From: Leucoraja ocellata
Lineage: Eukaryota
DNA length: 64,000 nt
Direction of reading: 5' to 3'
Assembly: GCA_036785375.1 (NCBI GenBank)
Contig: JAWMAR010000030.1
Span: forward strand, 8,122,001 to 8,186,000
Shown here one piece after another: positions 1 to 12,849 of the stretch; the first letter of the stretch is position 1; each line of letters begins with the position of its first letter. Under the pieces are notes generated by a model. It searched no databases, had not been told where the DNA came from, and worked only from the letters and a program-made list of their open reading frames with translations. The position numbers and the translations under genes are program-made.

Positions 1-329
1 ATTGTGAAGTATGAAGACAAGCACTCAGACTGCTAATTCGGAATTGATAATTTTGCTGAATTTATTGGTTATTTCTTTTGTCGTCACTGGACTGAAGAAA
101 GCAGCAATGGCACAACATTTTTCTCAATTTTTAAAAATCTGGATCAGTTACGTAGGAGGCTTGTATGTGGGAATTGCAAGGGATAAGAGACCCTCGGAGC
201 AGCCAACAGCATCGAAAGTTCAATGGAGGCATGGTATTAGAAATGTATGGAAGAGAATAAACATGCAGTTGATCTACATGCAGTAAATTATTTAAACATG
301 GAAGAGTATCCACCAACAAATTACTTTAT

Positions 330-597
330 AGGCAGCACAATGCTAGAGCTGCTGTGTCACAATACCAGAGACCTGGGTTCGATCCTGACCTTGGCTGCTG
401 TCTGGAGTTTACACATTCTCTCTCTGACTGCATGGGTTTCCTCCCACATCCCAAAGATATGCAGGTTTGTAGGTTAATTGAACTCTGTAAAATGACCTTC
501 GAAGAGTGGATGGATGAGATAACAAAACTAGTAAGCTGGTGATCGATGGTCACCCTAACTCAGGCCAAAGGGCCTGTTACAATACTATATCTTTAAG
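330..597 (+). mobile_element. tRNA-derived SINE (HE1/V-SINE-like), shared with duplicate at ~32055-32280
   Basis: ggcagcacaatgctagagctgctg...gacctgggttcgatcctgacc (B-box-like)...gggtttcctcccacatcccaaagat...gtaggttaattg; same family at 17505, 18700, 41547. Confidence 0.75.
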
Positions 598-821
598 CTA
601 TGTTTAAATTTGTATCGGCGAGAAGAAGAAAAATCAATTTAAGGAATAAGAAATGTAGTCTTGTATTTAGTGCAGGACACCCTCAACATTCTGTCTCATA
701 ACAATGTCTAAAATGTGTATGTTGCATTGAAACTAACTTAATCACTAATAACTAGACGAGCAGCTGCGAAGCATTACAAGATTTTGCCTTTTGGACCTCT
801 TGCACAATTAACCTTATGTGA

Positions 822-1034
<213 letters not shown>

Positions 1035-1881
1035 ACTTTTTTTTTAAATGACAAATTTTAAACGGCATTTTGTTCAGCAATGTAGAAAAGTGTGCGTGTG
1101 AATGTGTGTTCAAAAATGGAATGAGAAGGTGCAAAGTATGCGTTCTGTTATCACAAACATGACCAGATGTCTGAAGTGTAAACTTTTGATTACATTTTTA
1201 TAGCACTCCTCCCAAATAGGGAAAATGTTTTGAAATCTACTTGTGGAAAATCAGAAAACAACCTTGATACTGTGCATCTTTTACATGTTTTTTTTTTTGT
1301 GATTTTACTAAAATATGGAAAGTTTAGATTTTTAAGAAAATTGTGACATTTAACAGTCTAGTGGAAAATATATCATGCTGGAAAAATGACTTCATGTAAT
1401 TGTGGTTTTAATTATTCCTTTTTATTAAGCTAGTGTATTGGTTTCACATTCCAGTGTGTAAAGGAACAACAGAAAATTGAAACAGCAATATGGCTGCATA
1501 TGTTTCCTCCAATACCATTTGCTGTAGTTTCATAGTGTGACAGCTTTTTAAAAAAAATAAATAAACTATAAAAAAAATCAGGATGTTCTGATATTAATAA
1601 GATAGATAGCCTGCTCGGAAGGCAAGTAATTCTAAAGAAACGCACAGTTTTGTTGATTGCTGTTCTTTTACCCCCCCCCCCCCCCCCCCCCAGTCTGGGT
1701 CAGTAAAACACTGATTCGAATACTGTGGTCCAAACCCTTTATTCACCGCTGGACCGATTTCGGGGCCCATTCAAGCCTACAGCAGGCTCGCGCAAACAGA
1801 ACAGAAAAAAAGACGACACGTCCCAACGAACCGATCTCCTATTTATACAGCTATACAGTGGTGGGAAAGTACAGAGGGGGG

Positions 1882-3289
1882 TGACCATGTTATTAGTTTT
1901 TATTGCCAAGGCAACAGTGGCTGGTAGGCAAGTTTATTAAAATGGCACAATTCTGGGGTGAATTCACCCGTTTCAATAATTAGCATCTCCCGACTGATCT
2001 ATATGCATCTCCGCAAACCTCCCCAAAGGTTTTTCTGCCTCACCTTTCTGGGGTCTAGTATCCAAAACTTTGGAGATATCAATGGGTTTTTGCAGTGGTA
2101 CTAAGGGTAGCTAGAGTTGCATCCTCCCGTGCTGTGCTCTGGGCAAGCAGGTTAGCTGGCGCATCATGAGTTGGGCATCCCAGGTTAGCTAGAAATCTTG
2201 CATGTTCTACAGGGGTTAGGACTTGTTGCACAAGGGCCCACAAATCTCTGTAATTGGCATTATAGTCTTGCATAGTGGTTCGGAGGAAGTCTACAAATGA
2301 GGTGGGTAACTTTATATCAGGCATCTGGTTCAGTATGGCCATCATCTCGTTCAGCTTCCAAGGGAAATAAACACCTATTTGTGTGTTACCAGCACCGACT
2401 GCATTTGCTGGGTTGAAAGTGTGGTTAGGCATTTCTCTAACCGGGACTTAACTGATCCTTACTCAACTACCGTCTGTCTCAGGCTCAGCTTCAGATTCCC
2501 GGGGGGTTAGTCATTCTCAGAATCCTCGTTCTTGGTTTTGTTGCAAAGCCGATAACTGTCACGGGACTGGTTCTGTACCCTCTGTCTACGCTTTGCCCTT
2601 CTTGGTTTACGGGGTTCCTGAACTCGTGGTATGGGTAGACATCTTCTAGTTTTACTCCTGGTATGGAACGCAACTGGGGCATCTACTAATGTTGGGGTTA
2701 GAGTTAGTGCTATTGTAAGGGTGGTACTGCGGGATCAATATTTACATATGGTGGGTGTTGTAGAGGTAGATGGGTACTGACACGGGTTCTACTTTCCCAA
2801 TTCTCTAAATCTTTGTTGACTCCCTCTTCTAAGCCATAGCCAACCATTATGCAATCCTTTTTCCACATCTACTAACCCATCCCAGGTCCTTCCGGACTCC
2901 TGTTTCTGGCATTTACTATAATCACATTCGCTTAGTACGTCTGCAGGTTTGGTCATTCCTCCCTCCGTGAGCTCTACTCTCAACTTCAGAGCAATTTCTT
3001 GCCAACTAGCCAACTTTGCGGCTTCTTTCTGTTCTTGATAATCCTGGCTCCAAAGACCAACAAGTTCCTTGGCAGTAATATCTCTGCTATCTTTCCAAAT
3101 TATCTCCTGAACTTGTTTTCCATCTTCCAGGGTTTCAAGACCCTCCCTGAGGCCACAATTTACTCCCTAATTTCTGATTCAAAGCTCCGGATTGAACTGT
3201 TTGAATTGTTTTGCTTCATCAGGATACTTAGCACACCGTATTTGCAAAGGACTCATGTGATCAGTTGTAGTATTTAGATAATTACCCAT
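1882..3289 (-). pseudogene. gag: Degenerate retroviral gag
   Basis: Starts MGNYLN at 3289. Capsid-like PVREMPN...YFPW...NYRDLWALVQQVLTPVEHARF (ORF 2079-2432) resembles gammaretroviral CA; KPIDISKV...RKGEAEKPLGRFAEM resembles the major homology region; stops and frameshifts. Confidence 0.7.
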
Positions 3290-4144
3290 TTTTGGCCAAA
3301 GATCTACACACAAGATCGATCGACACGCAACAAGCACTTCCACACACAATTATCTCCATGCAACAAGATAAACAGGGCCCACACACACAATTCACACAGC
3401 GTATCAAAGCGATATTGCCTCCTTAATGCAGCAAGCAATTATAATACAATAGGAAATATCACAAACTTAAGCAAAAGCATACGCAACTATAATACAAGAG
3501 TAAATCACGCAAACTTAAGCAAAAGCATTTAATATGAACACTTTAAATTTAGCGGAATTTAGAGCAGAATATTTTGGATCACACTCGTGGAATGTCGCAG
3601 ATGCATCTCCCTAATGTTGCCACGTTCTCCCTCGGGACTAATTTTTACAGTAACAGTATGCCAATTTACCCTACTACTGACTTAGTACCGACCTATAAAT
3701 TACTGACCTTCAGTACTTACCCAACTCAGTACTGGCATCTCAGCGCCAACCTTTAAAGTAAATAGCCAATATTACCTCAGCTATGGCCCTCCGTACTTAC
3801 CCCACTTAATACTGAGCCCTCTCAGTATTGTCTTTCAAGGTACCCTGCCAATCGTACCCCAATACTTCAGTAACCAATCCAGTGGTTCTGAACAGGGACT
3901 TGAACCCTGGATCTTCAGCAGCCGCTGACCATATACCAATCCTACTACCAGTATTCGCCAGACTGACCTTCATCTCGTCGGAATTTCACTCACAAGTCAG
4001 CGAATGACCAAGTCGTCGTCAGATTAGCAGAATGAGGAAAACCAATGGAGTAAAAACTACTTACATTGGGGGTCCAATTCCTCCCTCCGCGATCCGAGAC
4101 GATTCAGCTCCTCGATCGCAAACTGGTGATGGTAATCCGTTGAG

Positions 4145-4162
4145 AGTCCGGACGAGCTCCCA
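4145..4162 (-). promoter_or_regulatory. Retroviral primer-binding site, tRNA-Pro-like
   Basis: Minus strand TGGGAGCTCGTCCGGACT, 2 nt after the LTR end; canonical PBS-Pro is TGGGGGCTCGTCCGGGAT. Confidence 0.75.
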
Positions 4163-7018
4163 AATGTTGATTCCGGTTCTTTTACCCCACCCCCCCCCAA
4201 TCTGGGTCACTAAAACACTGATTTGAGTACTGTAGTCCAAACCCTTTATTCACTATGGGGACGATTTCGGATCCACTCACTTGAGCCTGCAGCAGCCTCG
4301 CGCAAACGGAACAGAAAGAAAGATGACACGCCCCAACAAACCGATCTCCTATTTATACATATATACAATGGCGGGAAAGTACAGAGAGAGGCAACCCCTT
4401 AGCCCAATCACAGATACCAGCGGGAAAATACAGTGGGAGGCAATCCCTTTGCCCGATCACAGATACATAACAGTTGTCAGTACAATGAAACAAAGCCAAA
4501 ACTTCTTCAGGGGTCCAGACTTGGTGGCAGGTGGGTCGTATGATATCCAGGAATTGGCTCTCCACCTTGTGATGTCACCACCAGTGAAGCCAAGTCTCAA
4601 CATTCCTATTCCCAAAGCACCCCAATCCCTGCATATTCACAGGCTCTTTAAAGTATGTTAAATATTGTGGAAGGAGCGTCATTGTTTAATAAGACCATGA
4701 GAATAATGTGCTTAAGTGGCTACAGTGAGTTTCCAGTTTTACCCAAGTGGGCTTCAATGAATGGTTTTCCCTCACAGCTCCAATGATTCGGCTTTTCTAT
4801 TGTAAACAGTTGGATTCCCAACATCCCCTATACATGTGCTTATCGTTTTTTTAATCTCAAGTGTAAGTAAGTGGTAAAAAGAAACAAGGACGAGTTACTG
4901 GGCATATTAGAACAAGTTGTAAGATCACAAGGGAACCTAAATGGGAATGCTCTTCTGGAAGTTGGCATGAACAGTGGGCTGAACAGCTGCCTTGTGTCAG
5001 TGGAACCCTGGCTGTGCGTGACCAACTTTTAATTTCCTCTTATAATTAAAGGGCAGAGTAAAGCACATGTTCTTTCTCTTTGTTCATAGTAGTTGTACAC
5101 ATGGACGATGACAAGTTTTAAATAAATAAATTAGATTAATCACCTTGTCATGCACATTTGTAAAGATATATTTCAAATACTGCAGATTTTGGAAGTATTC
5201 AACGAGTTAGGCAGCATAAGTAGATAAGAACAGATCATAAGTCTGAAACTAAGCATTTTTCCTACTGCAGATGTTCAAGTAGGGAAAATTATGCCATGTT
5301 GGTGAAAGAATTAAGTGTAACCATAACATTTCATTAGGCTAGATGTTTAGACAAAATGTCATGTGTGCCTACCATAATGGAAAATTTAGAAATATTCTGA
5401 AATGCCGGTGCATTGTTCAAGTAATTTATTAACTTGAATTCCTTGGATCCTAATTATTGTATTTACAGCAAGTTGACAAAATCAGCATTAAATGTTCCCA
5501 GAGATTTATCACTGGATAGATGCCACTAGTCTGTTTCTATTGTCTTTTAGCTGGAACGTGCCATTGTGACCTTCCAGGCCCAGACAATTTGTGTCAGAAT
5601 AAGATTTTGCATAAATGTGATGTATAATTTAATTTGCTTTTTTAATATAAATTCAATAAAGAAAGCTACTTGCTGTAACTACTCACAGATCACCTGGTTA
5701 AATCAATAAACCACATCTAAATTTCTTTACATTTTGATATTTATTACTATAAAAAGTACGTCTTAATTTTCTTTAAACCATTCTTTCTATATACATTACA
5801 TATGTCTACTATCCCTCCCCCATTCTCACCCAGAGAATGTGGGACAGATCATTTAAGATTTTACCATAACCACAGAAAGTTTTGTTGCCATTTTGCACAT
5901 GATTGTAAATTCAAATCATTGTGAAATGTCCACAATCTAGAACAAAGTAACGGAAAGTCTTTAAATATAGATTCTGTTGGTCTCAAATTACACAAGTTTT
6001 GGCCTTCATGCCTATATGTTTTTGGGTCATTTACAGCTAATTCAGGCTATATGGGAAGCAAAAAGGACAGGAATGTAAAGCAAGCTCAACATATCCGCCA
6101 GCATTATTTTTTATGTTACAATTTCACATCTCTAAATATAATGGTAAAAGTGAAAATCTTAACCACTGCAAATTAATTTATACTTATATACTTAATGGGT
6201 TTCCATTAAGTATATACTTAACTAGGTTTCCATTTAATATGCAGTATAGAAACATCCTAGAAACTGCAGAAAATAGAAGATATAAACCAAAACAATTGAA
6301 AGAAAATTATTAATTGGGGTGAAAATCTAAAGTTGACAAAGTTACATTTGACAACAAAAACAAGCCAAGTCCTGGGAAAGGAAATAAGCTACTGTGAAAT
6401 TGAACTTAACATGAGTTTTCAAAGGGGGGAATAATTTGACTATCACATTTGGGTTAGGTAAAACATCCATCCTGCTGCATGATATTTTTAAAAATCATAT
6501 ATTTTATTACTGTTACAGAATTGTTTATCTCTTGTTCTTTTGTATTATGCAACCTGAGTATCAGGGTCCTGTTGTAGCCCTTTACATTGTCACTTATCTT
6601 CTGAAAATTACTTTAAACAGATCAGGTAAATAAAGGGCCACTATACAGATTACTTTAAATGTTAGTTAACAGCCAAAAAACACATTTTCATGTTCATTAT
6701 AATGTGACAAACAGCAATTTAGAAACATTGATAACTTGAGCAGATAATGAATAAAACATTGCAATGCACCACAGATGGCTTTTGCCTTCGGTCATACTCT
6801 ACATTGAATGTTTGACAGGATTTGGCGCTCAATATGGCTAATGTTCCAAAAATAAATAATGCTATCCGTGGAGTAATACATTCTTTGCAGTGATGGATGC
6901 ATGATTTCTTTACACAAATTGAACATTAGAGTCAGTGACTGGTTTGAAAAGATGAGAAATTATAATAAAAAAACAAAGCTGGACAAAAGGAAGTATATTG
7001 TCATAATACAAAACAGAC

Positions 7019-8192
7019 TGTAGTTGCAGATTATTATAGGAATTTATTATTATCAAGGAATTTTTTCCACTAGACACTATGATTGAAGACGGGTAAGGAG
7101 ATAGCTTCGTTACTCATCCACGCGCTCTCCATGAGACATTCAATGCCGTCGAAAGATAAATCTTCAAAACAGTCTCCTAATTAATAGTTTATTTATTGTC
7201 GTAGTAAAAACAGTGAGATATTCATCCAAACTTCTTGTTTAAATACATTTTGATCCGACGTAGTCAAACTCCATGGATTGTCAAACTCGGTCAAAAGCTG
7301 TGACCTCCCCCATGCTTCTTCCAGACTAAAACTAAAAACTACTAGCGCATCTGCGCAAGAATCCCAGCCACAAACATGCCTCCAACTACGTAATAAATCC
7401 CACCCACATAAGTTTTGACAGCATGAAACTTCTTCCTCCATGTCCGATCAATTCATGAATATGTCGTAACAATAATGTTGATATGTGAAAGTCCTTCGAG
7501 TGAATAATAGGATTTTTAGCAATAAGGTTCACTCTGATGTTTTGTTTAATTTCCGGATCATTAGCAGAGATTTCAAATCAAGTTTTGGCCATTCTCTGTC
7601 TGACTTACAGAGAAACTCTGGTCCATTGATCCATCTCTTATTGCTTAAGAAGCGGTCTGCTCTCAGTCCTCCAGAAGCTTCATCCGCAGGATTTACTTTT
7701 GTGTTAACATATTTCCATTGTGAAACATTAGTAGCTCCCAATACAAAAGAAATTTGGTTTGCTACAAATGTCAAGAAACGTTTGCTCTCATTGTTGAAGT
7801 ATTTAAGCACCGTGGCACTATCGGTCCAGAAGATAGATTCTTCCAGTTGAAGCAGATTTTCTTTTTGCAGCAATATGTCAACTTTAACAGCTAAGACTGC
7901 GGCAGTTAGTTCCATTCTGGGAATTGTCATTTATTTCAATGGTGCCACTCTGGCCTTTCCCGTTAAGAATGCAACATGTACTTTGTTATCATTGTCCAGT
8001 CTTAACTATGAAACAGTACTGTAGTCACTTTCACTGGCAACTGAGAAATTATGCAGCTGTGCACCTCTGATCTTACCAAAGCTTGTAGGCTTCATGCACT
8101 GGTCCACTTTGAATTCTGAGATCTTGTTGAGATCTGCTAACCATTCTGTCCTTCAGTGAGAGGAAGTTTGTGTTATACGCTCATCCCATCCA
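7019..8192 (-). mobile_element. BEL/Pao LTR retrotransposon fragment (RNase H region plus 5'-truncated LTR ~7425-7019)
   Basis: ORF 7529-7930 TIPRMELTAAVLAVK...FWTDSATVLKY...FVANQI...WKYVNTKVNPADEASGG is typical BEL/Pao; 7019-7425 is an inverted homologue of LTR 11740-12167. Confidence 0.85.
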
Positions 8193-8193
8193 T

Positions 8194-8835
8194 GTGTCAA
8201 GAGTGTTTTATTGTCATATGACAGGACAATTAAATTCTTACTTGCTGCAGCACAACAGAATATGTGAATATGTAAACTTTGTATATAACGAGAAAAAAAA
8301 GAAAAAGTTCAATAAATAACAAATATAGTGCAAATAACAAATAATATGGTATTTTGCAGTTCGGAGCTCATAGCTTATTTGTTGTGTTTAATAGTCTGAT
8401 GGCTGCAGGGAAGCAGCTGTTCCTGAACCTGGACATTACAGTCTTCAAGCTCCTGTACCTTCTTCCTGATGGCGGTTGTGAGATAAGTGTGTGGCCAGGA
8501 CGGTGTGGGTCCTTGATGATTTTGGCTGCCTTTTTGAGGCAGCGACTACGATAGATCCCTTCGACGGTGGGGAGGTCAAAGCCGGCGATGGACTGGGCAG
8601 TGGGCACAACTTTTTGTAGTCTTTCGCTCCTGGATGTTCAAGTTGCTGAACCAGGCCACAATGCAACCAGTCAGAATGCTCTCTACCGTGCACCTGTAGA
8701 AGTTTAGGAGAATTCTCTTCGACATGCTGAATCTCTGTAATCTTCTCAGGAAGTAGTGTCGCTGATGTGCCTTTACAATTGCATCGGTGTGCTGGGTCCA
8801 GGAAAGATCTGATATATGCACACCCTGGAATTTGA
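8194..8835 (-). mobile_element. Rex1/Babar-type LINE 3' end
   Basis: HISDLSWTQHTDAIVKAHQRHYFLRRL...FYRCTVESILTGCIVAW...HPGHTL..LPSGRRYRS..SRFRNSCFPAAIRLLN and tail atgacaataaaacactcttgac. Confidence 0.85.
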
Positions 8836-8978
8836 AGTGATTTTAATTGATCGACCTATTACTAAGAGTTCTGATGATCCGAACGACCTGGAAGCACTTA
8901 CACCAAATCATATTCGTTTCCAATCCAACACTACCACCTGGACTCTTTGTGAAAGAAGATTTGTATATAAGAAGCATA

Positions 8979-11315
8979 TAGTGATGTTACAAAACCTACC
9001 TTCAGCGGCGCTGCAGTTCTGCCACTGGCTGTGCGCGACTTTGGCGCCTGAGGGGGGGGCGGGATTAAAATGCAGGTTTGTATCGCTTGCCGGAGAGAGA
9101 TTTCCTCGGGCTGCTAGTTGATGAAAAATCGATGGGACTTCCGTTCTCGTTTTTTTTTGTAAAAAAATTGCTGGACAATTTAATTGTTGGATTACAGTAA
9201 AAAGCGACTTCGAACGCCCTCAACGCCTACAACGTAATATCAGGACAAAACAAAAGGTGTCGTGTATTTCACATAAAATCTTGCTTCTTGGGGTGGCTTT
9301 AATCTAATTTTATGACGCAAAAATGTTATTTGGGCCCCATACGAACTGGCAGTGTCTTTCCTGCCGATATGGGGTTAAAATTCATGGCAACGTTCCAATC
9401 GATCGCATTCCAGAAACACCCACTCGCAAGATGATTTAAATCCTCTTTTTTTTTGGACAATCATGTCATAAGAGCATCTAAATAGTCTATATTTTGTATT
9501 ATTATCTATCCAGTCAATATTTTTACACTAAATATCCACAACCGTTTTAGCCACATGCATTGTGTAAAAAATAATAATTTTGATTATATTGAGAGTGAAT
9601 GTTTCTAGATTAATTTATGAGAATTAACATTAAATTCCTTCCATCTGGCATATAAATTCATGACTATGAGATTTAAAAATTATGTTATATTGTGAATTCT
9701 TGTGTGAATGGGATTAGTTTGTTATTTGGATACTTAGACTATTAAACAAAATATATCCTTTTCTTAAGAAATGGATAGATATTTAGATCTAGTAATTGAT
9801 TAGATGAATTTAATTAATTTGATGAAACTGATGAATATGAATTTTTTGTTGGGTATTGACGATTTGTTTTAGCGTTTAACTTTATAATTTCTACCTTTTT
9901 TCTAAAACTGCAAATAATAACTTGTTTCTGTTAATGCTGTTCAGCGTTTTTTTTCCTTTACATTTTAAACAGATGTCTCCAAAGAAGAAACTGATTTAGA
10001 CAGCATTCGCAGAGATTATCTGAATTTGGACTCCTCCAAATGTGATGATCTACAGGACATTCTTAATGGGATAGTAGTGGGCAGAAAGGCATGTCATGAG
10101 TGGTTTGAAGAGCAAAGACGTAGTTTACAATGCCAACATTGAAAAGTTGAGGGAAAAACAAGGTGTACAGAGGAAGGGGGTGGGGTAGTGAAGGAAGGGG
10201 GGTGGGGGAGAGAGGGATGGGGGTGGGAGGAGGAGAGGGAGGGGTGAGGAGAGGGAGATAGAGGGAGGGGGAGGGGGAGAGAGGTGTGGATGGGGTAGGG
10301 GAGGGAGGGGTAAGAGTGTGGAGGGAGGGAGAGAGGGGTGGGGGGAGAGAGGGGAAATAGTGGGGAGGGAGAGTGGAAGGGGGAGGGGTGGGGACAGTTC
10401 ATCTGTTCCACATTCCGTATCACCCCCAATCCTCTTTCTCTATTCCCACACACGTGATGCCGAGCTTCGCCACAGGCTGTGGGGGGGGGGGGGGGGGGAG
10501 GAGCTGGGGCTGGTGCAAAGGCATATGTAAATGTATCCATTCCGATTGGACACCTGTGAGCATTGGGCATTGTGACATCACACGATGGAACGTTCACCTG
10601 GGGCTGCTGCAAAGGCATATGTAAATGGATCCATTCCGATTGGACATCTGTGAGTATTGGGCATTGTGACATCACACGATGGAACGTTCACTAAAATTCT
10701 ATGGGTGGGTAGCCAGTTTTCTTTTGAAATTTGGGGGGAGGAGGATTTTATTTAACCTCAATCTCCCCTCTCCCCACCCCGTCTTCCTCTCCCCCCACCT
10801 GTGAGGTTGGGGGGTGGTTAGTGTGAATGTGATGCCGCAGCCCCCCCTGCAAACGCGCATTGGTCTAGTAATACAATAATATTAAAGTTCTGGTCTTGAG
10901 AATATCACATTTTTGAATTTTCAAGGCAGTCTGGGTGTTTATTACTATTTCCGTCACAACGGTCAATTTTATAATTAGCTACAATTAGGTAACTATGCTT
11001 TAATTTCAGGTCATCCAAGTAAGATGTTTTATATTTGTTTCAGAATGCTTCAATCTATAATAACTGAAAATTTCATTCAGTTCTCTTAATTTTTAAGAAA
11101 GTTATGAGCTTTTGACTGTCCTTAAGCTTTTGTGTTAAGTCATAATAATAGGGAACAAGATGCTAATTTCCGAGTATGAAAATGGACATAACTTTTTCTA
11201 ATACTGAAGATATGAAAGTGAATTAGGTGTCAAATTAAACTTCTTTTGATGCTATATCTGATGGGGTAAATTGCAGACTTGATTTTTAAAATCTCAAAAT
11301 GTTGTAACATTGCTA
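8979..11315. mobile_element. Non-autonomous TIR DNA transposon (hAT-like TAG termini) nested in BEL element
   Basis: TIRs tagtgatgttacaa (8979) / ttgtaacattgcta (11315), 12/14 match; second partial copy inverted at 15488-~16000; no clear TSD. Confidence 0.6.
9800..10868 (+). mobile_element. Helitron-like insert with G-rich tract and 94-bp tandem duplication
   Basis: Ends gcattggtCTAG|T like element 38933-39418; G-rich low complexity 10170-10395; 94-bp direct repeat 10504-10597/10598-10691; 5' boundary uncertain. Confidence 0.45.
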
Positions 11316-12849
11316 CAATATATGGCAGATCTTTTTTGGAAGAGATGGACAGAAGAATATTTGCCTCTGATCCAAAAGCGACAACAATGATCGAGGGTTA
11401 GAAGAAATTTTGGCCCAGGTGATATTGTTTTGGTGGTTGATTCTACTGCATCACGAGGTTCTTGGTTGATGGGAAGGATACTGAAGATCATGCCTGACGT
11501 TAAGGGTTTGGTGCACACAGTACGATTTAAGACTAATAATAATGTTTTAATAAGACCAATAACCAATGCTTGCTTCTAGAAGGCGAAGGTGAAGATGAAA
11601 GAATTGCTAAAGAAATGAATGCTAATATATAATGCATGTTATTTTTTGTTTTTGATACATATTAAGCTTTTATAGCTCCTTTTTTTAATGTCTATTAGTA
11701 ATTGCCTCGATATATACTCAGAACAATTAGGGGCCGGTATGTAGTAGCCATTTAGCTTAACTCAGTATGTTATAACTATAACCCAGTTACCTTCAAATAA
11801 CTGCCTGTAATTATGTGGGTGGGATTTATACGTCTCAGGCGTGTTTGCGGCAGGGATTCTCATGCAGATTCCCTAGTAGTTGGCCTCGTTTGAAGAAGCA
11901 TGGGGGGGGGAGGTCACAGCTTTCGATAATGCACGAGTTTGTCCATGAGTAAGATCAAAATATACAAGAAGTTTGGATGAATATCTTACTGTTTTTACTA
12001 CTACAATAAATAAACTATTAATCAATAGACTATGTTTGGAAGATTTATCTTTCGACGGCATGTCTCGTGGAGAGCTTGTGAGTGTTTCGATTATCTCCTG
12101 ATCCCGTCTTCAATCATAGTGACTAAAGGAAAGATTCCTTAAAACAATATAGAAATCTGTCACTACAGGTGGGACGGTGCAGAGTATGACATTAATGAAC
12201 GTATAGAGTGAGAATGTCTGATGAGTGTGCAGTTTTTGCATTGAATATAATTTTATTCTGAAGTTAATTATTTGAAAAAAATTATCTCTGGTGGGATAAG
12301 GCAGTGGTGAAGTCTCTTATTTAGACACCTGTTCCCAGATGTTTACAAGCAAACATTTTTCAACTGGGATAGGAACAACTGTGTTCAAATTTGTTGGTAG
12401 GTTGGTTGCTTATTTTAATGCAAATAAATGGTTCATGTTTTAGAGGACAGTTAAAAGTTATTGCTACTGATCTGGAATCACATGTCATACATTAGAGACA
12501 CTGATTAATTTTATGTGGTTACCGTTATATAGAATAATTTTAAATTACAAATTATTAATCCGAATTTAAAATTCACAGCTGCAATGGTAGGACTTGTTCA
12601 TACTTCTACTTGTCTAGAAACTCAACCACCACCAAATTTGTATGTTTTCTTTTGTTTTGCATAGTTGAATCCCCTCGCTCAAGAAACCACGTTCGGCTTT
12701 ATTTTTTCTGCTCCAATGATCCCACCCAGTTTTATTAAGCAAAGGCAGAACCATTTCAACGCAGAGGTGACTCGGATAGAAATTTACAATAGGATTCATC
12801 AGCTTTATCCGACCAAGTGACACAGAGCAGGTGATAACTTGTCCTACAT

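Larger units (their letters stand above)
1651..4639 (-). mobile_element. Internally deleted class I endogenous retrovirus (5'LTR-PBS-leader-gag remnant-partial 3'LTR)
   Basis: 5'LTR 4639-4165 (TGAATATG...ATCAACA on -, with TATAAATA and AATAAA); partial 3'LTR ~1881-1651; PBS TGGGAGCTCGTCCGGACT resembling tRNA-Pro; absent from duplicate at ~33372. Confidence 0.85.
8836..12167 (+). mobile_element. BEL/Pao integrase 3' region plus complete 3' LTR (11740-12167), split by nested insertion 8979-11315
   Basis: ILIDRPITKSSDDPNDLEALTPNHI, then QYMADLFWKRWTEEYLPLIQKRQ...GDIVLVVD...SWLMGRI...VHTVRFKT...RPIT; PPT-like aattaggggccgg; LTR TGTAGT...ACTACA. Confidence 0.85.

Noticed and set aside
330-420. 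tRNA gene
   Set aside because: tRNA-like A/B boxes belong to SINE heads; no cloverleaf.
10094-10675. 193-aa proline-rich ORF
   Set aside because: Translation of a G-rich simple repeat and tandem duplication inside a transposon.
10504-10691. CRISPR-like or satellite array
   Set aside because: Only two adjacent 94-bp units, no spacers, eukaryotic context.
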